From Microthrixaceae bacterium (GTDB lineage Bacteria > Actinomycetota > Acidimicrobiia > Acidimicrobiales > Iamiaceae): a stretch of DNA of 64,000 nucleotides. Of this stretch, positions 19,682 to 29,282 are shown one piece after another. The DNA lies in the NCBI GenBank assembly GCA_016702505.1, contig JADJDU010000003.1, positions 256,265-320,264 on the forward strand, in the 5' to 3' direction. The first letter of the stretch is position 1. Every line of letters begins with the position of its first letter. The notes below the pieces were generated by a model that saw nothing but the letters and a program-made list of their open reading frames with translations, had not been told where the DNA came from and searched no databases. The translations under genes and the position numbers were made by a program.

Positions 19682-20611
19682 TCATAAGAGATCGAAGTAG
19701 CCTCGGACCGAATGGTGGTCCGACATGCCCAGAATCGTAATTGTAGCGTTCCCCGCCGAGGCGGTATTGGGCCTCACAGCGTATATGTAATCAATCCCAG
19801 TGCCGCCGTCCGTTGTCGAGCGTTTCGGACTGGTTAGGTCAGCTTCTCGAAAGTCGGTCTGATACGAGCCTGGTAGACTAGCTCGGCCGCGATTTAGATC
19901 GCCCATTCCGAAGCGATACGTAGCAGTAGAAAAGATTGTGTAGTTATAGAAATCCGCCTCCTCTGTGGACCAGCCTCCGAAATGCGTGGAACATGAGTGG
20001 AAGGCGTTGAGGAACGCAGTCGTGTCTATGCAGACAATATTGGGCCAATGGTACGAGTCAGTACCCGCTGAATACGCTGCGCTTCCCTGACGAGCGGCGA
20101 GGGAGGAGGCGAACGTGAACCGACTCAAGACCTGGTTACCGTACTCCACGCGAGAAGAATTACCATCGAGTCGACAGTTTCCAGCTGCCGCGTTCCACGG
20201 GCGATGAAACTTCCACTCGTACCTTTGAGAGTAGCTTCCGTTCAAGTAATAAGCTAGAGAGAACGCCTGCGACAGGCAAAGCTCATTGAGAGAGATCGAT
20301 ATAAATTGCTCCGACACTGCGCGGGATCGAATGTACTCAATTTGGTCCAATCGCCGCGAATCGCTGCTATTCCCAATCAAGCCCTGCACGTTCCAGTGAA
20401 AGAACGCCGATTCAGTAGCCGCCCTTGACTGAGATGCGCCTGGCTGAGCCGCCTGCTCAACTGACGTTCCGGCACCATCCAGCCCCCGCTGCATTAAGGA
20501 CTCTGCATGCGCTGCTCGCGACGCTATTGGACCCAGCATTGTGACGACTGCAGCACAAGCAAGCGCCCCTCTCATAGCCGCTCTCACTCTAGAGGCCACC
20601 GAGGCCGGCAT
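19682..20611 (-). CDS. secreted endonuclease/exonuclease/phosphatase (EEP) family protein (nuclease or sphingomyelinase/phosphatase-like)
   Basis: Signal peptide (...AAVVTMLGPIASRAAHA). EEP motifs FHWNVQG (N-terminal WNV), catalytic-type Glu region ISLNELC and C-terminal GMSDHHSV (SDHxPV-like). Lower-GC gene. Confidence 0.65.
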   Translation of the reverse strand: MPASVASRVRAAMRGALACAAVVTMLGPIASRAAHAESLMQRGLDGAGTSVEQAAQPGASQSRAATESAFFHWNVQGLIGNSSDSRRLDQIEYIRSRAVSEQFISISLNELCLSQAFSLAYYLNGSYSQRYEWKFHRPWNAAAGNCRLDGNSSRVEYGNQVLSRFTFASSLAARQGSAAYSAGTDSYHWPNIVCIDTTAFLNAFHSCSTHFGGWSTEEADFYNYTIFSTATYRFGMGDLNRGRASLPGSYQTDFREADLTSPKRSTTDGGTGIDYIYAVRPNTASAGNATITILGMSDHHSVRGYFDLL

Positions 20612-21768
20612 CAGTTCCCACCAATCTCTATCAAATCGCGGTTGAGGCCGCCATCCAGGCCGAGCCGGAGGAGTACAGACTCAGAGACGGGAACCATTAC
20701 AGATACCTTCTGTGAAAGACCGGCGAGCTCTCTTGTAGTCCCACGGTCGGGATCAAACTCAAGCAAATTAGAACCATACGGAAGTGGCGTAGCAATGACT
20801 GAGTCGACGGTTGGCCAACTAAATGGTTGGAGGGCTCCGAATCCAGGGGCCAGCGATACTTCTGTCCAGACCCCTGACGAGATGTCAAGCACTGCGCCTC
20901 GAGTCGGAGACTCGGGTGGCCCCCATGGAATAATGACAACGTGGCTTTTCGTGCAATTTACCTTCAATCCCGTACCCGCGCCTGTCAAGATTTTGGGCGA
21001 GTTGCGGATGTCCGCCCATCTGCCATCTACGTCCAACACGGAAAGCTGAGTTGCGAGCTCCTCAGAACCTTTCGTATCAAACGGAAGCATCGCCGCTTCT
21101 CCAGAGGATGCGATCAAACGATCGCCCGACTGGCACAAAGAACCGCTTGTCTGCTCTATGGGAGTCCAACCATCAACAACTCTCTGAGCGTACTGTATTC
21201 CGGGACTTCCGTTTGAATTAGCATATCCCATTACAAGCCTACCGTAAGACGAGTTCAAACTAACATATCGGCCGACCATGGACATGTCTGCTAAGCCTGG
21301 CTCCGGTAGATCTAGGGCCCGTTCCTTGCCAGTAGTAAGATCGTATTCAAACAGACGGTACCCTCCGGGCTCACAGATAAACTGCCCTACGTCGTCGTAT
21401 TGGAACTCACCTACGCACGGAATACCAGCCAAGAAGAGCGATCGCCCGATTGCAGTCGCAACCGGCTCGGCTAAAGGTGTGCTCAGACTCAAGTTGTCCA
21501 CCACTTCCCCGTCTGAATTGAGTCGCACTCCAGAGCGCGTCGCAATGACGCCACCACCGGTGCGTTCGTGCCCAACAACAATTACCGCACCGCCATCGGC
21601 GAGAGGAACAGTGAGTGGATCCACTGTGCCTTCGGTGACCTTAATAAGATAGTCCCGTTCCGGGAGCTGATCACCGCCACTCGATTGACGGCTCGGCTCA
21701 ATCTGCTCCTGATCGCCACAAGATACGGTCCCCACAACCAGAACGCCCGCAGCGATAATCCGGTACAT
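20611..21768 (-). CDS. hypothetical secreted protein/lipoprotein (cargo gene, lower GC)
   Basis: N-terminal hydrophobic signal ending ...VVGTVSCGD (lipobox-like). No recognisable domain. Its stop overlaps the start of the EEP gene. Confidence 0.5.
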   Translation of the reverse strand: MYRIIAAGVLVVGTVSCGDQEQIEPSRQSSGGDQLPERDYLIKVTEGTVDPLTVPLADGGAVIVVGHERTGGGVIATRSGVRLNSDGEVVDNLSLSTPLAEPVATAIGRSLFLAGIPCVGEFQYDDVGQFICEPGGYRLFEYDLTTGKERALDLPEPGLADMSMVGRYVSLNSSYGRLVMGYANSNGSPGIQYAQRVVDGWTPIEQTSGSLCQSGDRLIASSGEAAMLPFDTKGSEELATQLSVLDVDGRWADIRNSPKILTGAGTGLKVNCTKSHVVIIPWGPPESPTRGAVLDISSGVWTEVSLAPGFGALQPFSWPTVDSVIATPLPYGSNLLEFDPDRGTTRELAGLSQKVSVMVPVSESVLLRLGLDGGLNRDLIEIGGN

Positions 21769-22372
21769 GGATCTGACGACCATTTCTTGAGTCCATTCAG
21801 TGCGAAGACGACCGGCACCGAGCACGATATCAGGCGCTGGCCTGCGCAGGCGGGTAGCTCCAGTCTCGACACATACCCGCTCTTCGGATCTGAGGGAGAA
21901 GTGATCGGCGGGTAGGGGTATCGGCTAGACCCCATCTGAAGGCCGACGTCGCTCAGAGCATCGGCATAGCCGAAGTACTGGCCAAGCGAGCCCTTGATCC
22001 TCTGGTCGACGTCGGCGTCGGTGCCGAGCCGCGCGGCATGACGTGCGCGTCGTTGGTGAGCCGCTGGTCTCGGTGGCGCAGCTCGACCGAGTAGCCCATG
22101 CAGCCCAGGGCCGGAGCGGACCACGTCATTCCGCGTCTTCTGGAGCAGCAGCCATACGGACCGGCTTCTCGGTCACAGGCACCCTGCTTCGGCCGCTCCT
22201 AACCCTTATATGGGGAGCGCCACCAGCCGCGCTCGTCTCGGGCAACCCTCCACCGCGTATCTCACCGCGTAGCTCGGTGGACCGGGGTGCGTCCAGAGGT
22301 ACAGAACAGACGGACTGCTTCAAGGGAACGGCAGGTCAGGGTACAGATCGGTACGCAATGGCACGCTGTTCG

Positions 22373-22424
22373 TCGGGCTTTTAATCCGCCGGTTCAGGGT
22401 TCGAGTCCCTGGTGGCCCACCAAC
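22373..22424 (+). repeat. attR: 52-nt direct repeat of the tRNA-Lys 3' half (TCGGGCTTTTAATCCGCCGGTTCAGGGTTCGAGTCCCTGGTGGCCCACCAAC)
   Basis: Identical to tRNA positions ~13594..13643 except for one base (G for A at the anticodon-stem position). Confidence 0.8.
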
Positions 22425-22807
22425 CGAGGTCGAAGCCAGGCCGCAAACTCGGCCTCACCCCAGATCCCGGATGCCACCGCGACCACCGCTTGCTCCGCGT
22501 CATCGATCGACGGCGAATCGACCCAGGTCCACTCGTTCAGCATGACGAAGTACCGCATGGCGACCCAGGCCACCCGCTTGTTTCCGTCTGGCAGGGGATG
22601 GTTCTTGGCCAGCCGGACCATCAGCACCGAGGCCTTGTCCACGAAATCCGGGTAGAGGTCTGATTGCCCGAACCCCGCCGCTGGAGCGTGCAGCGCCGAA
22701 TCTGCGAGATCCAGGTTCGCGACTCTCAGGACGGTGGTCCCGTCGAGCCCGGTGACCTCCTCGGCGATCGCGACGTAGTCGGTGAGGTCGAGGTATCTGA
22801 CGGTCAC
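22394..22807 (-). CDS. doc: type II toxin, Doc/Fic family (death-on-curing); annotated C-terminus runs into the att repeat
   Basis: Fic/Doc motif HPLPDGNKRVAWVAMRYF (HPFxDGNKR). ~126-aa core. Confidence 0.7.
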   Translation of the reverse strand: MTVRYLDLTDYVAIAEEVTGLDGTTVLRVANLDLADSALHAPAAGFGQSDLYPDFVDKASVLMVRLAKNHPLPDGNKRVAWVAMRYFVMLNEWTWVDSPSIDDAEQAVVAVASGIWGEAEFAAWLRPRLVGHQGLEP

Positions 22808-23013
22808 CTGGCCAGACGTTCGAGAAGTTGCCGGTCCTCCTCGACGATCTGACTGATCCGTGCCTTGAACTTTGGGTCCCGCCGCCTGCGCTCGACTGTC
22901 TCCCCGAGTGCTTCCTTCACCAGTTCGTTGACGCTCTTGCCCTCGACACGAGCCAGCGCCTCGGCGTCCGCGGCGAGGTCGTCAGGCAACCGAACGGTCA
23001 TGTTCCTAGTCAT
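22804..23013 (-). CDS. ribbon-helix-helix (CopG/Phd-like) antitoxin
   Basis: 69 aa: MTRNMTVRLPDDLAADAEALARVEGKSVNELVKEAL... is RHH. Overlaps the doc start by 4 nt. Confidence 0.7.
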   Translation of the reverse strand: MTRNMTVRLPDDLAADAEALARVEGKSVNELVKEALGETVERRRRDPKFKARISQIVEEDRQLLERLAR

Positions 23014-23302
23014 GGTGTCATGCTACTACGCCACCAACCTAGAACGAGGGGGCTTCATGGGCAGGACCAACGTTGAGGTGGCTCGAACAAGAGGTCGGGG
23101 CCCCGTGAACCCGGCCGCTACTTGCCGGTTCAATCGTTCTACCCACCTCGAGTAGTCCGCTGTCGGATTGCCCGAACGCCACCGCGTATCTCACCGCGCA
23201 ACTCCTTGGCACGAGGTGGGTCCAGGAGGGACGGAACGGGAGGAGCGGTCCAAGAGAACGGCACGTCATAGGACGAATCAGCACGGGACGACACGCTGTT
23301 CG

Positions 23303-23354
23303 TCGGGCTTTTAATCCGCTGGTTCAGGGTTCGAGTCCCTGGTGGCCCACCAAC
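23303..23354 (+). repeat. second direct copy of the tRNA-Lys 3' half (one mismatch, CCGCT vs CCGCC); remnant att site of an older tandem element
   Basis: TCGGGCTTTTAATCCGCTGGTTCAGGGTTCGAGTCCCTGGTGGCCCACCAAC. The ~130 nt to its left are also partly similar to the ~130 nt left of attR. Confidence 0.75.
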
Positions 23355-23373
23355 GAAGAGCTGGCGGAACGGG

Positions 23374-23619
23374 TCAGTGCTCCTCGTGATTCGACACCCA
23401 GGTGACCCCCGCCACCATCGTGCCGAACCCGACGCCACCCCAGAACCCGACGAAAAGTCCGAGACCTACAGCCGAACCCACCTCGGCACCGGCCGCGACC
23501 ATGCCAGCCGTGGTGGCTATGAACGACAGGACGATGCCGATGGCCGCGCCCAACGCGACAGCCCGTCCCATCCCCGGGGTCTCCTGCCACTGGTCACCTG
23601 CAACACCATGATCGGTCAT
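23374..23619 (-). CDS. small hypothetical membrane protein (2 TM)
   Basis: 81-aa ORF, hydrophobic Gly/Ala-rich. Weak support only. Confidence 0.35.
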   Translation of the reverse strand: MTDHGVAGDQWQETPGMGRAVALGAAIGIVLSFIATTAGMVAAGAEVGSAVGLGLFVGFWGGVGFGTMVAGVTWVSNHEEH

Positions 23620-23732
23620 ACTTCTGGTATCTACCAGATATAAAGGCGCTGGTCACCCTCGCACTCGGGACCCCTCCACCTCAGACCCTCGCCCATTACC
23701 CGCAGACCCACACCTGACCTTCAGGAATCGCC

Positions 23733-24410
23733 ATGCCAGAACCGTCGTTGCAGGACCAGGCCCGAGCGCTCGGCGATCCAACACGGCACTCCATTTTCCG
23801 ATACGTCGCCGACTCGCCCGTTCCTGTGGGTGTAGCCGAGTTGACCGATCACCTGGGCCTCAACCACAACGCCATCCGCCAGCACTTGGCCCGGCTGGTC
23901 GAGGCGGGGCTGCTACTGGAGAGGACGGCGCCGCCTACCGGACGGGGACGCCCACGGTTGCTCTACCGGGAGAACCCGAATGCAGACAGCAGGTGGGGCG
24001 TCACCGGCCCTTACGAGCGGCTGGCCATCCTTCTCGCCGAGGTGGTGCGGAGCGGCGACAGCCCTGAGGAAGTAGGTCGACGAGCCGGGCTCCGAACTGG
24101 AAGCTCCAACAGGTCTAGCCACCCAGACCCCATGACCGCATTCAGCGAGGAGATGGCCCGCCAGGGCTTCTCTCCAACCGTCGAGCGCAATGGGTCCGAA
24201 GCCACGGTGACCCTCATGAACTGCCCGTTCGAGTCCGTGGTTCCGGCCGACGCCGACACGGTGTGTGGCCTACACCTCGGGCTAGCCCGTGGCGTGGCCG
24301 AAGCGGTGGGAGGGCTCGAGGTGACCTCACTGGAAGCCCACGAACCGAAACGAGCCGAGTGCCGCCTCAGGTGCCATGTCGGAGACGCAACTGCGACGTC
24401 GGGGACGTAG
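23733..24410 (+). CDS. ArsR/SmtB-family HTH transcriptional regulator with C-terminal extension
   Basis: LGDPTRHSIFRYVADSPVPVGVAELTDHLGLNHNAIRQHLARLVEAGLL is an ArsR-type wHTH. Confidence 0.7.
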   Translation: MPEPSLQDQARALGDPTRHSIFRYVADSPVPVGVAELTDHLGLNHNAIRQHLARLVEAGLLLERTAPPTGRGRPRLLYRENPNADSRWGVTGPYERLAILLAEVVRSGDSPEEVGRRAGLRTGSSNRSSHPDPMTAFSEEMARQGFSPTVERNGSEATVTLMNCPFESVVPADADTVCGLHLGLARGVAEAVGGLEVTSLEAHEPKRAECRLRCHVGDATATSGT

Positions 24411-24419
24411 CGGATTCGT

Positions 24420-24914
24420 TCAGTCGGCCCACACCAAGCCCGACCAGCAAGCCGGGTCGCCGGCCTCTGCATCCGGCTGCCACTCGAAGGGCCGACCGGT
24501 CAGGTGTTGGCTGTGCACTCGGGCCACGTTGCGGGCCAGGGCCATGGCCTGGTCCGCCATGGGACCGGTCCAGCCACCGCCGACGGTGTCGTGGAAGAGC
24601 GTGAGCCATCGATCGAAGTGCGCGGGTGTGAACGGCACCTGCTCGTGGGTCTCGACGTGGGCGCGCATCGGGTTACCCGTGAACCCGGGAATCCCTAGGA
24701 GCACGCGATTCCAAAAGGCAGCGAGCTTGGGCAGATGTTCGTTCCAGTCGACCTGGGCGACATCGATGAAGATCGGGCCGAGAAGCGGGTCCTGAGCCAC
24801 GTCCTGGTAGAAGCGGCGAACCATCTCGGCCACCTCCTCGGGAGTGTCGAGATCCCGGGTGGGCGTGGTTGTGGGTCGACATTGACTCATGGCGGGATCA
24901 TATCTAGTAACCAC
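24420..24914 (-). CDS. truncated (2/2) hemoglobin, group II-like
   Basis: RFYQDVAQDPLLGPIF...KLAAFWNRVLLG...HFDRWLTLFHDTV matches trHbO-type globins. Confidence 0.65.
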   Translation of the reverse strand: MVTRYDPAMSQCRPTTTPTRDLDTPEEVAEMVRRFYQDVAQDPLLGPIFIDVAQVDWNEHLPKLAAFWNRVLLGIPGFTGNPMRAHVETHEQVPFTPAHFDRWLTLFHDTVGGGWTGPMADQAMALARNVARVHSQHLTGRPFEWQPDAEAGDPACWSGLVWAD

Positions 24915-24923
24915 TAGAACAAT

Positions 24924-26103
24924 TCACCCGGGACCGTCTACAACCGCTTCCAGGACGCCGCGGTAACGCTCGCCTGCCACCGCCATCGAGAACCGGGCCG
25001 CGCGTAGACGTGCAGCCCGGCCCATGCCGTCAAGGCGCTCACGATCGGCCAGCAAACCCGACACCGCGTCGGCCATGGCGGTCACCTCGTGTGATGCGAG
25101 GACCAGCCCGGTCTCACCGTTGGCCACCACCGCGGCCACCCCGCCTACCGGGAAGGAGACCACCGGGCATCCAGCCATCTGAGCCTCGATCGCCACCCCC
25201 GGCATTCCCTCCCCGTCGCTGGTGAGGATCAACAGATCGATCCCACCTAGGACCTGCTCCACCTCTGACACATGACCCAAGAGGTGAACCCGTTCCGCCA
25301 GACCGGCCTTGCCGACCTGGAGCTTGACGGCACCCGACCGTGGCCCTTCCCCGCCATAACCAGGTGAACCTCCACGCCCCGCTCGGCCAGTGCGGCCACC
25401 ACCTCCACGGCCACGTCGGGACGTTTCTGGTCTCGAAGTGACCCACGAAGCCGACGAGCACGGCATCGGACGGCAAACCCAGGCGCGACCGCAGACGACC
25501 GGCCTCGAGTTCTCGGTCGATGGTGTCGAAGCGAACCGAGCTACGAGAGTTGGGAATCAGTTCGACCGGTCCTTCGAAGGCCAACGCCCTCACCTCAGCC
25601 GTCAACTCAGGTGTCAGCGAGATGATCGCATCGGTACGCCCGAACACCAATCGCCACCACCAGCGCCAACACCGGCCCCGCTCTGCCACCGGCATCCCCA
25701 TTATGAGCTGGTTGACCACCGGACGCCTCCGACCGCCCAACACCGCCACCTGCAACGCTGAGCCGCCGTGGGCCAGGATCACGTCGGCATCGGTAACACC
25801 GACAGCACGACGCAACCGGGCCGCCGCCAGGGCAATCGCCAGCGGGGACTGACGAACCGCTCCGGTCAGTACCGGCAGGTCGGCAACGGTTCCTCCCTCG
25901 TGACCCGGACCGACTGCCCAAAAGGAGCTGGAGTGGCCGAACCGCTCCAGCTCTCGAGCCAACTCCAACGCCACCAACTCGGCACCACGATGGTGACTGC
26001 GGCCGACGAGGTGGAGGATCCGCACGGCCGGGAGTCTGTCACGCGCACCCGGACCATCGGAGCGGGTCATACTCGCGTGCCGTGTCCACTCCCGACTGCG
26101 CAC
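24924..26103 (-). pseudogene. GT4 (group 1) glycosyltransferase disrupted by two frameshifts (~25425 and ~25345)
   Basis: N-domain in frame A (25114..26103 ORF: ...LVGFVGHFETR). The next ~28 aa are readable only in a third frame (KRPDVAVEVVAALAERGVEVHLVMAG). The C-domain is in frame B (..25466 ORF: EGPRSGAVKLQVGKAGLAERVHLLGHV...EGMPGVAIEAQMAGCPVV). Confidence 0.6.
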
Positions 26104-27232
26104 CTGTCAATGGCCAGGAGCGGCCCGTGCGCGTCCTCGACCTGGTCAAGGGGCTCGACCGAGGCGGAGCCGAGACGCTCCTACTGACCGGCGCCCGCCA
26201 CCGGTACCCCGCCATCACCTCCGAGATCGCCTACCTGAGCTCCCGCCACGACCAACTCGTCGATGAGCTGACCGCCGAGGGGGTGAAGGTCACATGCCTG
26301 GCACCAGGTTCTATGGTCGACCCCCGCTGGCTTTGGCGTTTGCGTCGCGCCTAGCCGAAGTGGACGTGACCCATTCCCATTCACCGGTCCCGGCCACCGC
26401 GGCCAGGATCGTCTCGCGGACGATTCCCCGCCACCGTCGACCATCGCTGGTGACCACCGAGCACAACGTCTGGGACAGCCACCACCCCCTGACCAGACTG
26501 GCCGAGCGGATCACCTTCAAACTCGACGACGCCCACCTAGCAGTGTCCACCGCTGTGCTCGAGTCGCTCCCAGAGACCTACCGACCGGGTGTCGAGGTGG
26601 TGAGAGCGGGTGTCGACCTCGACGACGTCCGCTCTCACGCCGACCGGACCGGGATGCGCACAGAACTGGGAGTCTCCGATGACGAGGTCCTGATCGGCAC
26701 CGTGGCGAACCTGCGAGCGCAGAAGGGCTATCCCGACCTCCTGAGAGCGGCAAGACACGTGATCGATGCCGTGCCCAACGCCCGGTTCGTGGCCGCGGGA
26801 CGAGGGCCCCAACAGGGCGAGCTGGAGGCCCTGCACCTCGACCTGGGCCTAGGTGACCGATTCAGGTTCCTCGGTCACCGGGCCGATGCCGTGCGGGTGA
26901 TGTCCGGGCTGGACCTGTTCTGCCTCGCATCGCATCACGAAGGCCTGCCCGTCGCCCTAATGGAAGCACTGGCTCTGGGTCTGCCGGTGGTGTTGACATG
27001 AGTTGGAGGCATTCTTGAGCTGATCACCGACGGTGATCAAGGCCTCTTGGTCGACATCGGGTCGGTGGACGCCCTGGCCAACGCCCTCATCTCCGAGGCC
27101 CGCAACACCGAAGAACGCGCCACCCACGCCCGGGCGGCGCTGGCCACCGGCGATCAGCTCTCGATCAAGACCTCGGTGAAGCGGACCGAGGATCTGTACC
27201 GAACGATGGTCGAGGCCCGATGAGCGCCACCG
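26082..27232 (+). pseudogene. GT4 glycosyltransferase with one frameshift (~26340) and an in-frame TGA (26998-27000)
   Basis: ORF 26082..26354 is the N-term (RVLDLVKGLDRGGAETLLL...DPRWLWRLRRA). ORF 26294..27001 continues (LAEVDVTHSHSP...EGLPVALMEALALGLPVVLT*). After the TGA the same frame reads VGGILELITDGDQGLLVDIGSVDALANAL..., the canonical GT4 C-terminus. Confidence 0.6.
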
Positions 27233-29219
27233 AACCGGGTACCGGCGGTCACGAGGCCGGTCAGGCCCGCGAAGGCGACATTCCCAACCTTCAACGCCAA
27301 CTCGAAGCAGAACGGGCCGGAGCCACCTATTGGCGAGAACGGGCCCAGCACCACGAGAGCGCCCTGGCTGAGATCAAGTCCCGAACCGGGGTCCGAGCGG
27401 TCCTGGCTCTCGAACGTCGCACCGCGGGGATTCGCCGACGAGCCAAGGCCGTCGCCGCCGAGGTCCAAGCCGCCGGTTCGAGGTCAGCGCTGACGATTTC
27501 GGCCTTGCCCACGAGGGCGGTGATCCCCTCCCGACGCCGGGCGTTGGACGAAGCGGTGGCCCAAGCCAATCGCATGCCCCCCCTCGACCTTCGGCCAGTC
27601 CTGGTGGTGTGCATCGGGGTTGCATCGCCTCCGGCGTGGGCGGCATCAGTGGCCAGTCGTTCGACCGCCTCCGGCTCGATCACCGTCACCGTGTCCGAGA
27701 TCGAGGACCTGCCCGAGGTTGTGTCTCAGGCCGACGACGAGATCGAACTGATCTGCCTGGTCGATGCCCAGGTCGAGCCGCTCACGTCCACCTGGCTGGA
27801 CCATCTGTATGGGTCCCTCACCGAGAACGACGCGGCCGCGGCAACCGGCGTCATGGTTCACCCCCAACGGGCCCTCGCTCATTCGACGCCTCACGACTAC
27901 CTGATCCGCTCAGCCGGGTTCGAAGTGCTCACCGACACCTCGGGCGCCCCATCGGTGGTCCCGCTCCTGGCCGGCAGCATCGTCTCCCGTGCTGTCGACC
28001 GCACCGTCGATCTGGCCGGCGGGGCAATGTTGTTGGTGGATCGCCAGGCCGCGGTCGCCGCCGGTGGCTTCGACCGCTGGGGTTCCGCCGATGCCTGTGC
28101 CGTCGACCTGTGTTCGAGGCTCAACCGGAGGGCCCGGGCCGTGACCGTGGCGTCGGCTGCGCTCGGTATCGACCACCGCGACGTAACCGATCGACGCGGA
28201 TTGCGCCGCCCCTTCGACGAGACCGCTCCGGTTTGGTGCGATCTGCTCGAGCGATGTGGTCCGGCGCTGCGCCGAAGCGCAGCCACCGACCGCAATGCCC
28301 CGACATCGTTCACGTTCGCGGTGGCTGCACCCTCACCCAAGGTGGCCGACCGATGGGGTGATTGGCACCTGGCCGAGGCCATGTCCCGCGCCCTGCGATC
28401 GGCGGGATACGGAGCCGCCGTCCACACCAATCAGAGCGGAACGATCCCGGGGCCCTGTGTGCCGACGTTCAGGTGGTCGTCCGTGGCCTGGCTGGCTCGA
28501 CCCCCACCCCGGGACGCCACCAGGTGCTGTGGGTTATCAGCCACCCTGAGGACCTGCAGATCACCGAGTGCGACCGAGCCGACCTGGTACTGGTCGCTTC
28601 GAAGCTCTACGCCGATCACCTGGCGACCCTCACCTCGACTCCTGTCGGCGTGCTCCTCCAGGCCACCGACACGGCGCGCTTCCGCCCGGTACCCACCAAC
28701 CCGGATCGTCACCACGACGTGGTGGTGGTCGCGAAGTCCAGGGATGTCCTTCGGCCCATGGTGTCCCACGCCCTGGCGGCCGGCCTTCGGCCCGCCATCT
28801 ACGGCAGCGGTTGGGACCACCTAATACGACCGTCACTGATCGTCTGCGACCACATCGACAACGAATCCCTCCCCGAGCTCTACTCATCGGCCGGAGTTGT
28901 CCTCAACGACCACTGGGACACCATGCGCCACTGGGGCTTCCTGTCCAACCGCCTGTTCGACGTCCTCGCCTGCGGTACACCTGTCATATCCGACCCGATT
29001 CCCGGCCTCGGGGAACACCTCGGCGACCTGGTACCAACCTGTTCGACACCCGGTGAGCTGGCAGACCTGGTCCGCGGTGCGTTGTCGCTGAACCGAGACG
29101 CCTTTGCCGAACGGGCCCGGACAACCATCACCGCGGCCCACACCTTCACCCAGCGGGCCCGCGAGCTGACCAACGCATTGGCCGCGGCTGGAGTTCCCAT
29201 CCACCATCCAGTGTGCTGA
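27220..29219 (+). pseudogene. CgeB-family / group-1-like glycosyltransferase with N-terminal coiled coil; one frameshift at ~28440 within CCGGGGCCC (or a sequencing indel)
   Basis: ORF 27220.. is coherent to ...AVHTNQSG and then degenerates. ORF 28362..29219 continues from ALCADVQVVVRGLAG...HQVLWVISHPEDL...DLVLVASKLYADHLA (DUF3880/CgeB-like) through a GT1-type C-terminus. Confidence 0.5.
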
Positions 29220-29282
29220 TCGGCGATCGATAACGCGCGCTAGCATTTCCGGTCGCTGTTACCAAAGGAGTCGGTTCGCACA

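Larger units (their letters stand above)
13641..22424. mobile_element. integrative mobilizable element (genomic island) inserted at the 3' end of tRNA-Lys: int, wHTH gene, MobF relaxase and lower-GC cargo, ending at attR
   Basis: The integrase gene abuts an intact tRNA. A 52-nt direct repeat of the tRNA 3' end lies at 22373..22424. There is a relaxase but no T4SS genes. The cargo region 19.4-21.9 kb is visibly lower in GC. Confidence 0.7.

Noticed and set aside
21582-22124. 180-aa minus ORF in the 0.55-kb gap before attR
   Set aside because: Overlaps the lipoprotein gene start, has no RBS or motifs and an Arg/Ala-rich composition; the region is more likely non-coding.
22230-22424. Whether the ~170-nt att-proximal units are pseudo-tRNAs or a structured ncRNA
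   Set aside because: Only the 3' 52 nt match the tRNA. The upstream part does not form a D-arm or anticodon arm, so an att-arm remnant is the simpler explanation.
26998-27000. In-frame TGA in GT4 #2 as selenocysteine or recoding
   Set aside because: No SECIS-like hairpin is evident downstream and the position normally holds Asp or another ordinary residue; a nonsense mutation or base error is more parsimonious.
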